From: Ptychomitrium polyphyllum
Lineage: Eukaryota
Direction: 5' to 3'
NCBI GenBank assembly: GCA_973851085.1
Contig: OZ316776.1
Location: forward strand, 5,952,001 to 6,016,000
DNA length: 64,000 nt
In this document: piece after piece, positions 37,805-53,100 of the stretch
How the letters are laid out: the number at the start of each line of letters is the position of its first letter
Position numbering within the stretch: the first letter of the stretch is position 1
Translations under genes and position numbers: made by a program
The notes under the pieces: model-generated
The model's database searches: none
Seen by the model: only the letters and a program-made list of their open reading frames with translations
What the model was told of the DNA's origin: nothing

Positions 37805-39182
37805 TGGTCTTTCTTCAAGGCCAAGCTCCCACCGTCACCTTGGAGGGAGCTCCTTTGCTTTCACCCGAATCAATTGCAAAAATTAAAGCTGACATGACTC
37901 TCGAGTAGAATAGTTTCTTTCTCAATAATTTCACTTGGGGGTAAATGTGCAAGAAAAAGTGCGTGTTGAGGGATTGTCCACGAAGGCAGTCGGTTGCAAG
38001 TCAATGCTTGCAGCATGGCACGGACACTGGGATTGCCTGGCATGAAGACAATGCCAGTCCACCCGGCGCAGGCACCCGGAGGGAGCTGTAGAATTTGTGA
38101 AAAATTGTGGTAGGTCCAACCGGTTCTTCATCGGCCAGCAGGGGGTGAGTTTGGGAGTTGAAAGAATTTTGCAATTTTTCGTATCTTTTGCTTACTTTTG
38201 GCCCTGTTTTTCATAGCAAGGGGGTGATTTTTCTTCCTGCTTCGCCGGCATGGGCCCCCAGGCTCGCTTCATCCAGCTGTGCGTACGAACCTTCCATAAC
38301 AAATCTGGGCCTGCAAAGTGCTGGATTAGACAAGCAACACGACACAACACACTCCGAAGGAACTGTAGTAAATAACAGTCCCGCCTTTACTCGGTCATCT
38401 CTCGCACACTTACTTGGAAAAAGGTTTCACTGCAACTTCAGCCTTGATTTGCTTTGCTACCGCAGTTTCAGTTGCAATTTGCTAGATATGCAAATCATGC
38501 CACAGTAGCTCCTTGTTTACTTCCCTATTACAACCGTGACTCGTCTGTTGAATTTTTAAGAAGAGACTTCAGGGTCAACGTGGTCACGAGCATGGACAAA
38601 AGATCTCTCGTCTCTCAATCCGATTCTCAAACATCTTACAATTCCACAAGTACAAATGTACTCCCTTCATGTGAATTCTAATGCATGCTACAGTTTATGA
38701 TCATGTCATTCGTACTGTACGCCTCTTGCAACTTTGAAGCTGAGTCTTACATCTTTATAAAAAATTCAGAGGAAACTTGGCATCTCAACTGTCTGGTAAA
38801 ACCATAGTGATCAATACTAGCTACCTAATAATTGTATGTATGTCATATGGAGTTGACTGTAAGGGCAAACCACTTCATGAACGACATTACTGATAAAGAG
38901 TTAAAAAGTACCTTGTCATTCCAAATAAGAAGCACTTGCTGTTGGTGCCACTCGTCTGATGATTTACATTCACTATTATGACAAGATAGCAAAATATTGA
39001 GATTTAGTGACACTAAATTCTTTTTTCAGTGAACAATGGGGTAGGTCCAGTTGCAGGGATGCTTCTAAAATTGTGTGTTTGTTTGTGCTAATAAATGCTA
39101 CATTTTTGTGTGCCTAAGTGTATTTATGGTAAATGATTAGGAATTTCTAAAAAAAATTAAGCTGCTAACTCTACGCAGAGTT

Positions 39183-40540
39183 ATATGTACTGATGCCGTC
39201 ATTCTAAATATAGAAAACAGCAAAACTTGCTGCTGGCCCAGGTTAGCGTATTGCTGTACGAAATGGAAACTCAGCTACCATCAACAATAGCCTGGGCACA
39301 TTTCATTAGTCCCAAGAGAATAGCTGTGGAACTAGCTATGGATCATACGATGGGACTGTTGGCGGGGGCCTCGGAAAAAATATTGACCTCCCCAGCTCTT
39401 TGGAAAGGTAACATCCCCCGAGACTCTGCATTATGTGCTGCCTGGGGTACCCCACTTCGCAGGTTTGCCTTTTTGGTGATTTTTAGCGAACTGCAATGTA
39501 GCCACACTTTACAAAGACGGGTTAGGCATGGATTAGGCCAACATTAGTGGTTCTCAAAACCCCTTTGGCAAGATGAAATAACAGTGGTCGTCAAACCTGT
39601 TTGCATACAATAAGAACATGGATTATTTGGCCGCTTCATTTATGCACTAACAAGAATTAAGCTACCTATTTGCTAACCAACATTATCTTGATTACGAATT
39701 GTGATCAATCTCTTAAGAAAATCACACTCAGCTTAATCATCTCATTCAATCAATCACCAATTTATTATTAGTATAAATTATGGAGGATTTTTACTTTTCA
39801 TCAAAAAGGAGTGTCAAACCTACCACAATAATGGTAATTTGTGATTGGTTAGATTTTAAAACTAATTATTATTTCATCAACCTTGGATTATTGTGATTAG
39901 TTGCTTTTGAAAAAACAACCAATTACAAGCAAGATTTATTGTAGTAGATTTAACACCACCTCTCATTACATTCTATGATTATTTTATAATTCTAGTAAAG
40001 ATTAGTCAATGATTGATTGAATGAGATTACTATGGTGATAATTATGATACAACTTGTCCAAGGAACTAATCACAACCACCATAATCAAGAGCATATTGGT
40101 TGGTCTGTTGGGTGCTTAGTCTTTTGTTGGTGCAAGAATTAAAGGGTTAAATAATCAAACTCTGGTAATATGTGAAGCTGGTTTGACAACCACTCTCTAG
40201 CACTCTCACTGAAAATTTCAATGTCTAGGAGGGTCATAAGCTAGCTGCATCAAGCAAGAGTCTTGCTATGTTTGCTTTCAACTGTGAAGCAAACCAGGTC
40301 AACTTCATGATTTTGGTCACCTGTTTATAGAAGTCTCCTCGAAGCTGGGATAAGTAGTATTATCCTACACAAGGTCCTGTTGATTTTATATGCTTGCACT
40401 GTTGAAATTGCAGCATTTGTCGACAACTAAATCTAAGAAAACGGCTATTTGTACCCTGTGCCTGACATTAGCCTGAAGTCTCTGAGACTGGGTGCAAGCA
40501 TGTACAAGTTCGATGGAAGTACTCGTGATATAAGTACATC
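39183..40540. repeat. Long degenerate inverted repeat (fold-back); clear core 39583-40194, weaker outer arms
   Basis: Arm pairs: AGTGGTCGTCAAACC / GGTTTGACAACCACT, ATCTCATTCAATCAATCA / TGATTGATTGAATGAGAT and GTGTCAAACCTACCACAATAA / TTATTGTAGTAGATTTAACAC. Centre near 39880. Confidence 0.8.
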
Positions 40541-41109
40541 TGAGGGACTTTATAAGGTGGATTTTATTTACTCATTCCTTACCATTGATCAAAATAAATC
40601 ATTCTAGATCATATGACCACAGAAAGAGTGTTCTCTCCAACCTCAGGATTCCAAATCTTGCTCCTCCAAAATCCTCAATAGAATCTTTCTGCTCACCCTT
40701 GCTTATCCTAGTAGTTGCCTTGCACCTTGTTCCATTGCCCACCATATAAGGAATTTTACACATTGCTGTGTCATTCATAGGAGAAGCAATTTAAAGATGG
40801 TGAAAATTTTGGTTGACTATTTACATGATAACAATTATTGCAATAAAGCCTTCTCTAGTTGACCTTTTATAGGAACGTTCTTGAACTCACAATCCAAGTA
40901 TTGGTCCATAGGAGAAGATTTTTCCTATCTTGATTATTTTAATCTTCTCCCATCTTCTCTTGTCGGTTATCCTCTATCTAAATACTCATATCTTGACCTA
41001 AAATAATCATATTTTCTACGTCCCTTCTACCATAGGACAAGGTGTAAGGCGGCGCTGAAGCTGGTTCATATGCCCACATGTACAGCCCATGTCAGTCACT
41101 TGCAACAAC

Positions 41110-41163
41110 ACTCTACTCTGATAACAGTAGCAAAGTACTCTACTCTGATAACAGTAGCAAAGT
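41110..41163. repeat. Perfect 27-bp tandem duplication
   Basis: ACTCTACTCTGATAACAGTAGCAAAGT x2. Confidence 0.9.
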
Positions 41164-44100
41164 GGTAGTAAACTACACCACAAAAGTTGGGCATTTTTTA
41201 GGATCTCAATTGTGTAATCAGATTGAAAGAAGGTTTGAAAACTCAAACTGTATGATCTACAGCATTGTTTGATGGTTGTATCTACTGTGGTCACTCTCAA
41301 GGGATGTCTCCACTGGTGAACAGCACAGCAGTGCTGTACAGTCTTTAATCCTGAAATCATGTCACAAACCTTTTTATGCTTCTCAATAGAGACTACATGA
41401 GTATAGTGATCTGATCTTTTGTATGAAAGGTTCTTTGTGTTCTCACCAAGTCAGATTTAAATCATTCATGCTATTTTTCATTTCACGTAGGATTTTCAAT
41501 ATATACACAGGATTCAGAACTTAATTTGTGTCACTTTATACATTTTAGGCTATCTAAAATACATGGTTTCCATTCAAGAAAAAGTACAATACATAGTACA
41601 TAGGAATTAAGAGCCAAAATCAAAAAGAATAATCTTTTTTGACAATATAATAAATCGCAGTGAATTTTCAAAGTTAAACTCTATAGATCCTTGTAAGTTC
41701 ATTTCAAATTTTTAAATCAATCCTCCATTCTAATCTTTAATTATTGCCTAATTGTCTCCTAAGTTTCCAATTGTAATCAATTTCCTAATTATCAATGTCC
41801 ATTTTTTAATTGATTTTGTTCAATTTGTTTGATATGGATGTTTGTGTGAGAGAATGTCATAGACCCTTATCTATTTTTCTACAATGTATCTTAGTAGTTG
41901 AAACAAATAACCAAATGTTGTACTTTGATTTTTCTCAATTTATTTTGAAATTTAAAAAAAATAAAAAATTATATATGCTTTGATCATTTAAAATATGAAA
42001 TTGCAACTTTACTTTATTCACAATAATAAAGTTAATTGTAAAAACAAAAATTTGATTCCATGTTCATAAGTATGTGGTTTTAAGGTTAAGGTAGAACAAT
42101 CTATTACTACTACCATATGGAATTCTTTCCTTTTACAAACATTATACAATTTTTCAAAAAAAATTGAAAGACAAATTCAACATCAAAATTCTAATGCAAT
42201 CATAGTCACATCTTTTTCATATGATTTGAATTAAGTATGAATTTTGAAAGAGTGCTTTTACAAAAGGTCAAAAATTACCACAAGATCAATCTTTATTTAT
42301 TCAAACAAAAATTAATAATCAAAAGTCAACATCTAAATAATCAAGATTTTTTTTTAAAAAAAGAATATATCATTATCTTAAAATTATTATGAATATTATA
42401 GAGAAAAAACATATAAAATTGATCAATATAATCTTATATTAGATTTTTTGTAAATGATGTGAATAAAATTTGGAGTCATGAAGCCTCATAGATTCACATT
42501 GAAGTTGAAATTCTAGAACTGAATATGTTCCAATAAATTAATCTCTATAAGGAAAGATGTTGAACTTCATTATAATACTAAATTTGTATAAAAGATAATC
42601 CTTTAAAAAACAATAATGTGCTCAAAAATTGTCTTGTAATGTTAAACACAAACCAATATTTTTTAAGAAAATGATCTTTAAGACCAATAATACTAAAATG
42701 TTTGCCAAAACTTCACAAAAGCTTGAATTAATGCAATATTTTATCACAACATCTATCTTAATTTGGAAATCATTAAAGATTTTTTCACTAAATTTACTCA
42801 CCAGATGGAAGAGATAGAATTCTTCAAAGTTTTGATAGTTTTAGTTACAATTATAAATTGATGATTACACTTAAAAAATTAAATGATTAAAAAATTGATG
42901 ATTACACCACCATCAAAATCGCATTCAATAACCATGCTTCAAGCTTATGCCCACCACATGCTTTCCCTTTTAAATTAATGTAAATGTTCTTTCTTTTCCT
43001 AATACCACCATTTCACAATTACAGTCACTTCCAATTTCAATCTTTTACCATCATTTACCAAATTTGAACCACCATTGATGAAAAATTTGTTGATTAACAA
43101 TAATTCACATGATAGTTTATAATCTAAGAGTCAAAATTGTTTCAATTTTCCAAAAATATGATCTTGGTGTTTAATTATGTTTAGACACATGATATACATG
43201 TGCTTAAAATCTTCATAATTTTTTTTGTAATATGTCTTTACAACTTCTTCTAAAAAAGTAATTTCCTCACTTAAAGGTACAATTTTGCTACAAAAAAAAA
43301 TTTCATTTAAAAATCAAAAGAATTTATATGCCAAGTCATCAAATTAGACTTATGTTTTTATGCATTCAATACCAAATGTCTTCCTTGTAGTTTATTATTA
43401 ATTCCCATTATTCATAGTTTATAGATGGTGGCTTCAACTTTTTGCCAAAACAATAATACTCAAATAGAAATATAAAATTTCTCATATGAATAGATTGGTT
43501 CCAAAAGTTAATTCAAAGAGAGCCTTTTCTTTTTCTTTTCTTATTTTGATGCAGATTGAAAAAAGAAAAGGAAAAAAAGACTCCATTTTTCCATCTAAAT
43601 ACAATAAAATTAACTATAATGGAAAATGAAGATAAAAATAAGTTAACGTTATGCCATGTCAAGGAAACTTGAATCAATTATGTTGTAACAATTGTGCATT
43701 TCATGGAAAGTTCTATATGTTCATATAAGTTAGGAATTACGATAACAATTTTAAGTTTTTGAAGCAAATTCAAATCAACTAAAAGTATGCTTCCATATAG
43801 GACTCCTATGCAAATTTTTGATTGTCAAATTCGTGGAGAGACAACTCATTCCATTGGAATAGATGCTTTAAAATTTGAACATGGCCATTATTAGCCAAAT
43901 GACAAAGGTGCACAAAAATTGAAGCAATAATTCCAATGGAATGGGGGCATATTTTTTCCCAAATATGGTATTCCAAAATTCACTAAAAAGGTTTAGATGC
44001 AATGAAATTGTGTTTACATAGATTCTAGCTTGATAAGAGGACTGAAACACGTGGAGAACTAAACTATTGAACTGTAAAGTTTACAGGGCCGGGGCCTTTG

Positions 44101-47100
44101 CTCACTTCAAAAAGAAACCAAATCAAGGCGTGAAGAAAGTATGTATGAAAAAATTGGCATCCAAAATAGGATTAAAGGGGCGACCAATGAAAAGCCTTTG
44201 CATATCACAGAGCCCTAGCTTCATGTCGCGCGGGGTTTGACCGAGAACAACACAATTCAACCCAGAGTTGATTGTATAAATTTAGCCCAAGCAGACACCC
44301 TTCTCATTCGCTTCACATATCAGTCATGGTTGTTATCAGAGGTTTATAAACTGAAACAACAGCATGAGACACAGGGTCACCGCCTGTGACATTGCCACAA
44401 CTCTACTGCAGATCATTTGGTTACCTAGACCTGATTAAGTATCTAGTGCAGTGAAGTAGCACCGAGGACAGGGGATACTACCACACCATGGGAGACTATC
44501 ATGACTTTGACACCGTAGTCAAAATTTGCATTTTACTATTCAGCTTTTCCTTTTGCTCGCTTGCTTCCCCCCTGCAACAAGCCAAACACCACTTATTTCA
44601 TCATTGTCCCTTTTGTTTCCAGTGCAACGCTCCTTGCACCGACTTCCATGGGCCACAGCCCTTAGGCCCTATGGAACCTCCCCTCTCTTCTCTCACTTTT
44701 CCCTCCAACTGGCAGCTTCCAGTCGCGCCGACAGTGATGATGCAACCCTCCAGCAGCACTCTGTTGTGTACTGCACTAGCTTAGCTTCGTCAAAGCGGTC
44801 GCTCGAGTTTGAACTCCGCGTCCTGCTTTTTGCAATGTCCAAAGATTCCGTCTGCACTCATTCTCGCATTCATTCATTCACCCATCTCTATCCATACTAC
44901 CTGTTGACGGTGATTTTTTTCCCTTTTATGAATTCAAGTTCATTTGTACTTGGTAGTGGTAGAAGCTTTGAAGTTTAACACCTAAACGCCTAAGCAGCCA
45001 GGATCTGGCAACTAGAAGGGCCACACAGGCACTCAAGTTAAGTTGAGCCAATTGAGTTTTTCAACAGTTGGTTGGAAGTTTTCAACTTAGCTATCGTCTG
45101 TACATACAGTCGAGTTTGATCGATTGAATTTAAAGTTTCACCGAATGGTCGAGAATTGTTCTACTGTAGGCCGACATAAAAATTAGTTGAAAATGTTATA
45201 AAGCAACGAACTTCAGAGCAGTTGTAATCTTAGATATTTAATTAGTACATTTATATGAAAATATATTTTCAATATATGTTTCATTTGCCTATTACCACGG
45301 AATGACAACTAATTTTAATGAAACTTGTTCAATTACACTTGTGACACTCATAACATACTTGACTTGATATGGGACTTGAGAATTTATACAATAAGTGTGT
45401 TTTAAAAACAGATTACTGGTGAGTTGAGAAAACGGATTACATTAAGTTTTTTTTGTTGAATCATCTTTTCTGAAAGGTGGTCCATTTCATTGTTTTGGAA
45501 TGTTGAACTCTTAATGCAATAATTTGTTTGGAATTATTTAAATTGCTTAAAGATCTTGATTTCATTTTTTTATAGTATTGTAGAATTCCATTACATTTCT
45601 CGTACTCATATTCCTTCTTTTATCAATACATAAAACTTTGACTTCCAAAATATAATTTAATCATATTATGTATTTGCACCCATTTCTTTAAGGAAAATTT
45701 TCAAACAAAATTTGTGCACACAAAAAGAACATGATTCTTTGAACCATAATTTTGTTTCAACAGGCTATTAAACTAAATTATAAGTGCCTATATTGAGCTA
45801 TAGTACTAGATCATAAGTTACAATAATTGTTAAACCTATGTGCAAGTGCTCTTTTAATCTTTAAAGGTGTAGTGTCCATCATATTCAACATTATATAGCA
45901 ATATTTTGAAGTATTTTGAATGATCTCACATGTCTGATAAATTTAAGGTTGAAAATTAAATTGGAGATCATTATGACATATTTTTAAACATTTGATATTA
46001 GTGAGAAGCTTTGAAATTAGGATGTTAAAATTTTATTATAAAACCAACTTATTTTTATTAAATCTTAAAATTTTAGTGAATTTTGGACCACAATAACAAT
46101 AAAGAAACACCTCGATTTCAACAAAGTTATGGTTTTAAATTTTACAAAAAAATAAATAGAATAATTAAAATTTTAAAGTAATGAGTGGATATATAAATAT
46201 GTGGTTATACCATGATGTTTTGTTTTTTTATTTGATCAAAATCAAAAATTTAAAAATTTAAATGTATTTGTATCACACAATGTATATAATAAAAAATCTT
46301 AAGGTTGTATGGTTGCCTATACAATATTCTTGAATGAATCTATTAAAGAACCTTTTTTAAAGGTATGATTCTATTGTTGAAATTTAGAACTATGTTCAAA
46401 TAAAGATTAGAGATGTATGAGATTTCAAATCACCAATCTAAATTCATGCTTTAGTACATTCATTGTTACATGTACTTACAATTGCTTTATCATGAGTTTT
46501 CACATTTTAATGTAAGAATGAATTGTTTCAATTATTTAAAGAATGTTATACATCTTTGATTTTGGAAAGAGCCCAAATATTTTAACCAAAGAAATAAAAA
46601 ACGTCAAATAATACTTTTAAAAATATAAGAATATCTTATAAATTCTTTAAAATATGAAGGCATAATTCAAGGATTTGAAGCTCGCACCCTTATTGCAAAA
46701 GTTAGAAATTAGAAATTGAAAATTGCAATAATAGCTATTATACCTTTATGTTTAAAGGTTGATATTCATTGGTTTAGTGAGCTCTCAAAATCTCAAACTT
46801 AGCTAAAGTTCCTTAGGAATTTAGGTCCTAACAACTTGAAAAGTGTTCAAATGGATTTTTGTAGAATATTTTGGTAACTATTATAGATTTTTTGCATAAA
46901 TTGGCATATCATTCTTTAATGACCTTTTTGAATCCTACTATTAAAAGAATATCTCCATCATTATAAGGTACAATTCTGCTTGTTGCAACCTTGTTTCATT
47001 AAGGGAATTAAGGGAAACTATGTGCTAAATCATCAAACAAAACTCATGCTACCTTCATGCATTCATTGCCATAAGCTTTCACTACCATTTGTTATCGATT

Positions 47101-50100
47101 TCCTACTTTTTAAGGTGAAAATAAGTTTCTTTTATCGTTGTAAAACATTATGGAATTCTTAAATATTATCAAACATAACCTATAAACCATCAATGGTCAC
47201 TTATGATTGTGTAGATGGGCATCACCAAATTTTACAAATTCATGAGGATCTGCTATAAAAACTTAATGATCATCAAAACACTCAATAGTAGCATAACCTT
47301 GCACCACTGTCACATTGAAGCATCTAGACTAAATACTCTAATGTACACAATATTTAGCAAAATTAATCACTTGAAGAAAAAAATAGAATATTGCTCTTTT
47401 TGTTGTCTGATTATGGACCTGGCTGTTCAAAACGTTGGTTGGACTTCAAAGTTATGCCTATTATGAAAGATGGGGCAACTTGAGAGAGACATGATACTGC
47501 AGCCAGCAGGCTGATGTGTGGGTGATGTGCATTGTGCAATTGAGGATTGGCATGGGCATGATTAGGGTTGACAGAGATATTTTGAAGAAGAAAATATTTG
47601 AAAATATAATTTCAAATTTGTAATGTTGCACGAGCAATTTGTGAAAATAATCTCAAATCGCGGAATTTTTTATAGTTTATTGAAATTTTATTTTATTTTT
47701 TTCAAGTATTGAATCTTTCTTTTCCAATTTAAATAATTATTTAGAAAAATTGAGTTAATCTAACACTTGTAAGTGGTAGTCAACCCTTTATATTGTATAG
47801 TTGTCGTAATCACATAGCATGTTTATCATTAACCACTTTCAAAACAAATATTTATGGAAAATTAAATCTCAACAAATCTTTTAGAAAGGATAAAAATGTT
47901 TTTGAAGAAAAAATGTTCAAAAATTCTATATCAATTTTTTTTAAATTAAAACTATTTACTTTGTCATTAGTTCTACATACACAAAGAAACCATTATATTC
48001 AAATCATTATCTTCTTTTTCCAACGATATTAGATGTTTTTTGAAATTTTTGTGATTTAGCTTATGTTTGATTTTCAAAAAGTAGATTATAAATACAAGAT
48101 TGAACACTTGAATGTATCCAAAGAATTTAAATCCTTTACAAAAACATGAAATAATTTGGTACTTCAAATTTATTTCTTTTTTAATTACCATATGTCAAAA
48201 TTAGGAAATAGGATTTTTTAGGATTTATTAATGTACCAAGTGAATATGGTTTTTTTGTAAGTAATAATGAAAAATCATACAATTTAAATTTTGGAAAAAA
48301 ACTTTTAACAAAACTGCTACTACATTGCCAATTCAATTGTCTACATCCCTTATAAAGAAAGAACTTGTTAAATTTTGTCATCGTCACTGAGTTAAAAGTA
48401 TAAGATCATTAAAACATATTACTTTTTGAACTTTGAGGACATCAACAATTAACTCATTATGAGAGGTTGAAGATGGAGTGTGAGGCTGAGTACTTCAAAG
48501 TGAAAATAGCCTATTAATCCCTTATAGAGTTGGTTGCTAGGGGCCTTCCCCCATTTGTAGGCCATCTACATGAAGTCACCTTTGAAGTGCTCACACTCAC
48601 CCTACAACATATGACTGTCTTATCCAGGGATGATGTAACAAAGGCTACCTGTTCAATATGCCCCAAGGTTTAGTTGCTCTCATATGACTTAATCAGTTAC
48701 AACCCAACCAACCACTAAGAGGTCCCTAGGTGCTTGTAAACAGAAGCACCATTAACTCCGTAAGGAAACAGCCTTCCTACTGTGAAGTCCAGATGTGTGT
48801 ACCACTCTCATGCACACTCTATAAAAATCAATTCATGAAAAACTCTGGGAACATATTCTTGTTCACACATGAGGGACACATTGATACAGTAAAAACATGT
48901 ACACATGATCAAAAGAAAGAATGACAATGTATGAAAGCGGAAATGGGTACAGTTGATCTCCTGCTCCCTGCAAGAAGATGGGAAGGAGCAGTGGTCATTG
49001 CTCATCTGGGAACAACATGATTTCTACTCCAGGTTGGATGTTAAGCCAAAAGAGAGGACACTCAACCTACTGATATGGAGAAATGTAACAGATGAAGAGA
49101 AAGAACATGCAGACACATGGAACAGTAACTATACATATGGGTGCATACTTAAGAGGAAATTTTCTGGCTAAATTTTCAATTCACCTGGAAAAGGACATTA
49201 ATACTTTCACTTCTCTGTGTCTTGACCATCATCATTGCATGCAATACTCCTATAAAGGGATGAATTTGTATATCAGTGAAACCATTCACAGAGATGAAGG
49301 CTGCCATTGTATATCACTTAAAAACTCTCTGGGTTTCAGCAGAATGTGTAATACAGGTTGTTGAGAAGCTATCAAGCTCTGCACTTCTGAATACATTCAA
49401 GGTGATTCATTGAATTTTTTTCATTCTTCTGTGGAGTTCTGTAGTACACTATCCTTTAAAATCCAAATTTTTTGATTCACATAATAAGCTAGGTTTGGAT
49501 CTCATAATCCTCTCCATCCCCCATTAAATACACCCTACAGCTCAATAAGCATTTCATATAACAGGTTGAAAATGAGTATGGTACAGTTCTATGCCAATAA
49601 TAGTCTCTCCATTCAGGAGGATCACTTAGTTTCCAAATTTCACCACTTCTCCTTATTCTTTGGCAACAGTTCCATGGGCTTACAGTTAGGTTAATGGGTA
49701 GGATAATCTAACTGTTTTGAAACATTTGTATTTAATTTAGGAGGACAAAAGTCAAAAGACATTGAACCAGCAGCTAGAGCCTGGGAGATGGAATTTAGAA
49801 TCTTGGCTTGCAAGTTACTGGACAAGCTAAAGTTGTCAGACAGAATTAAATATTCAATTCTCTGTTGCTCAAGTGCTTTTATACAGGATGCAACTTTCAT
49901 CCTGATACAGTGAAACAGTATGCATGATATTTGTTTCAGACCATAGCTTTTGGCAAAGTTAAATGGATTGTCTAGTTGCACAATTTTGGCATGCATTGCA
50001 TGTGAAGGAGTTATAAGGCTAGTACATGAGTAGTGGAGACAAACATTCAAATGAGATCACTAACATTCCAACTTTCTATACAAAAACCCCATATCCATGT

Positions 50101-53100
50101 TTTCTGTTGAAGTTATGACAAGCTGCAAAGTACCCTTCCACATGCAACACTTAGCCAGTCTCAGTTTTTCCCAAAGAGGAAAACTCTTACAGGAAAAAGT
50201 CAGATTTTTGAGGTCATCTGCATAACAAGTCCAAGTGGAAAACATCCCAGTAGGCAGAATATTTGAAGGTTTGAAAAACATAATATTCTTACCCATAAAT
50301 ATTCCAAGAGACTATTCACTGAGTGTATGCCCAACTCACAGATAAGTCTCTCCAAATCAATAAAACTGGAGAAATGTTCCCAAAATTAGAAGCCCAAAGA
50401 TAGAGCAAGAATGTTATGTGTATTGGTGGGTGTAATGAATTGTTAGTAGTAAAATTTGAGATTTTGGAGATATAACAACTTATTTGTTAGTAGTGTTTAA
50501 GATGCCAATGATCTCTATTTTGAGTTGAAAATTTAAAACCCACTTTTTCATACATGGATTATTCTAACCTTTAGATTCAAACAAAAGCTCCATCTTTTTG
50601 TTCCATGATCACCTCCAAATTTGTAATGTTTAAGGGCATCTCTACCCCAGGTTAATTCGAATGGAACTATAATTGCTAAAGAATAATAGTGTTTATACAA
50701 ATATTGTAACATTGATGTGTGTGATACGGTTGTTGTATTATGGAGCTAATTTTCCAAAAAAAATTACATCCATAAGCACCAGAGTTAGTTACACAAATAC
50801 TCTTCATCAATTTTAGATTGTATGCCATTTTTTTAACTAACAGAAGTGCTCATGGAATGGCTCAAGTTATTTTGCTTGTACGAACAGACACACCATTAAT
50901 TCCTAATTTTGAACATTTTTTCTTTTTTATTAACTTCTTCTCCCAAATCAGATCTTGTAAGCCAAGGTTAGCATAGAATGCTTATCATGTGAGACATGGT
51001 CCAATGTCCTATGAAGGGAGGATCTTGCATGGTCCCACAGAGGTGCTGGCTCTATGTGGGTCAGGCCTAGTTTTGAAATTTTATTGAGGAAAGGTTAATG
51101 CACTCCAATATGAAGGGAGGAGTCTAGTGGCATTCCTGCTACTGAACAGATTCATGGCAATGCAGAATTTATTGCATCAAGTTGAAGGGAAGGAAACTCT
51201 CACTTCTTCTCCGCATTGTTTTGTCATAGAGTTACTGTCTCTTCCTCTTGCCATTCATTCTTAAGTTGTAACTATACTTTTAAGCGTACTCATAGCTGTA
51301 TTCACAGCATAAGAAATCATTCTCAGTTCATTTTCCTGCAACTGCTCACAATTTGTATTTACAGGCAGGTGCCAGATCATAGCATTCAGTCAGATTGTCA
51401 ATACCATAGCTATGTAGCACAAATGTCAGGTTTGTTTGAACAATAATTTTGTAAGAAAAGAGGCATATGTCATGTTGTGATTAGTTGAAACCCTGAAATC
51501 CTAGGTGGAGATTATAATTATCAGTAAAGTGATAAAACTGCTATGTAACTGTGGTGAGTATTTAATAAAGTCCATTGCCACCATGGAAATTTTGAATAAT
51601 AGTAAATATTGCTATTATTGTGAGACCTGTCACTATGAGATTTTGCATGAATTTACATTGAGACTATTCAAAATAGATTGGAAAGATGATAATAAAATGA
51701 TGTTTCATTAAACTGTTTTAATTTAAATAATTATATCATTTGTAGATTTGCAATATGGTACCAATACTCCCTTTTAAGACTTAAAATTCATTAAAAGTAA
51801 TCAAAAAACCATGAAAATTTCAAAAATTAGTGATATATGTATAAAATTATTCAATTGTAAAGAAGTAGTGATGGAATCAATTTATATTAAACAATAAGTA
51901 TTGTAACAAGATACTTTAAATGCTTATAAGTAAATATGGGTTTTTATCACTACCAAAGTATATTGAAACATGGTGTATGACAATGTGTGTTTGAAGGAAT
52001 TCCTTATAGATGGTTCAAAGCTGTTAAATGTTCTTTTAAGAAATTTTATTAAAAACAGTTGTGGCATCTTTAACTATGAGCATTATAAGTTATGCAACAT
52101 CTTCCCCTCCTATGATAATATTATTAATGAATTATAGATATTTGCTCATTTGCTGATTATTGTGTTTGTATTGGTGAATGTTTGTGTTCATACATTGATT
52201 AGTTTCATGTAGTCTTTTGACAACTTAAAAGATGACATATATGCAATGCCACAAGCATTATTCATTGTGACAAATAATAAAAAAACACTTCAAGTAAAAC
52301 AATGTAAATCATTAAGTTATGGTTAGTAAATTTGTACTTTTACTTGGATTTTTCGATATAAAAATGGTCATTAATACATGTAGATTTACAAAATTGAACA
52401 ATTAACATTGGCCAAGAATATTTAGAAGATTACTTAGTTTAATAAAGTAATCTATAGATGCAAAAGAATATCATGTTTCAAATATATATTACAATTATAT
52501 CTTTATAACTGACAATTTTTTTATAGTAAATTTTTATGAATTCAAAAATTCAAAAATTCAAAAAAAAAATTCAAAAAATAAAAATAAACTTGAATTTTGG
52601 ATTTCTAACCGATGGAAAAATCCAGGACGAAACAATTTATTATCACCTTCGGAACCACTTGTGATTTACAAACTATTCCAACAAATGGACAAAATTTGGT
52701 CAAATATATTTTAGAATTTATTTGAGATTAAAATCAATCAACAAGGGACAAAGTTTTCAAAGAGGTTGTTACAAGGAGTTGGAATTACTCTAATAATGCA
52801 ATACTTGAAATTTTCAATCAACCATATTACTAAAATTTTGTAAATATGATAGAAAGGTGTAAAGCAGCCCTTAATGGTTCATGTGAGATTTTATTGTTTA
52901 TAATTCTGCATAGCTCTCAAATTGCAAATGTAATGCAAGGCAAGTAATGCTGATTTTTAGAATACTTTACTATACTATCCCTTGTTCCCAGCTGAGTCCT
53001 GCTTGGATGCTGTTCTCTATTTGCCTCCAGCTTTTCAACCTTTGAACCAGGCCTTCTCAGGGTCTCACCAACCAAATCAATTTGATGTGTTAGTTGAAGA

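Noticed and set aside
41400..48400. Short 60-80 aa ORFs in AT-rich DNA
   Set aside because: Low-complexity K/I/F/N-rich translations expected by chance; probably decayed non-autonomous repeats.
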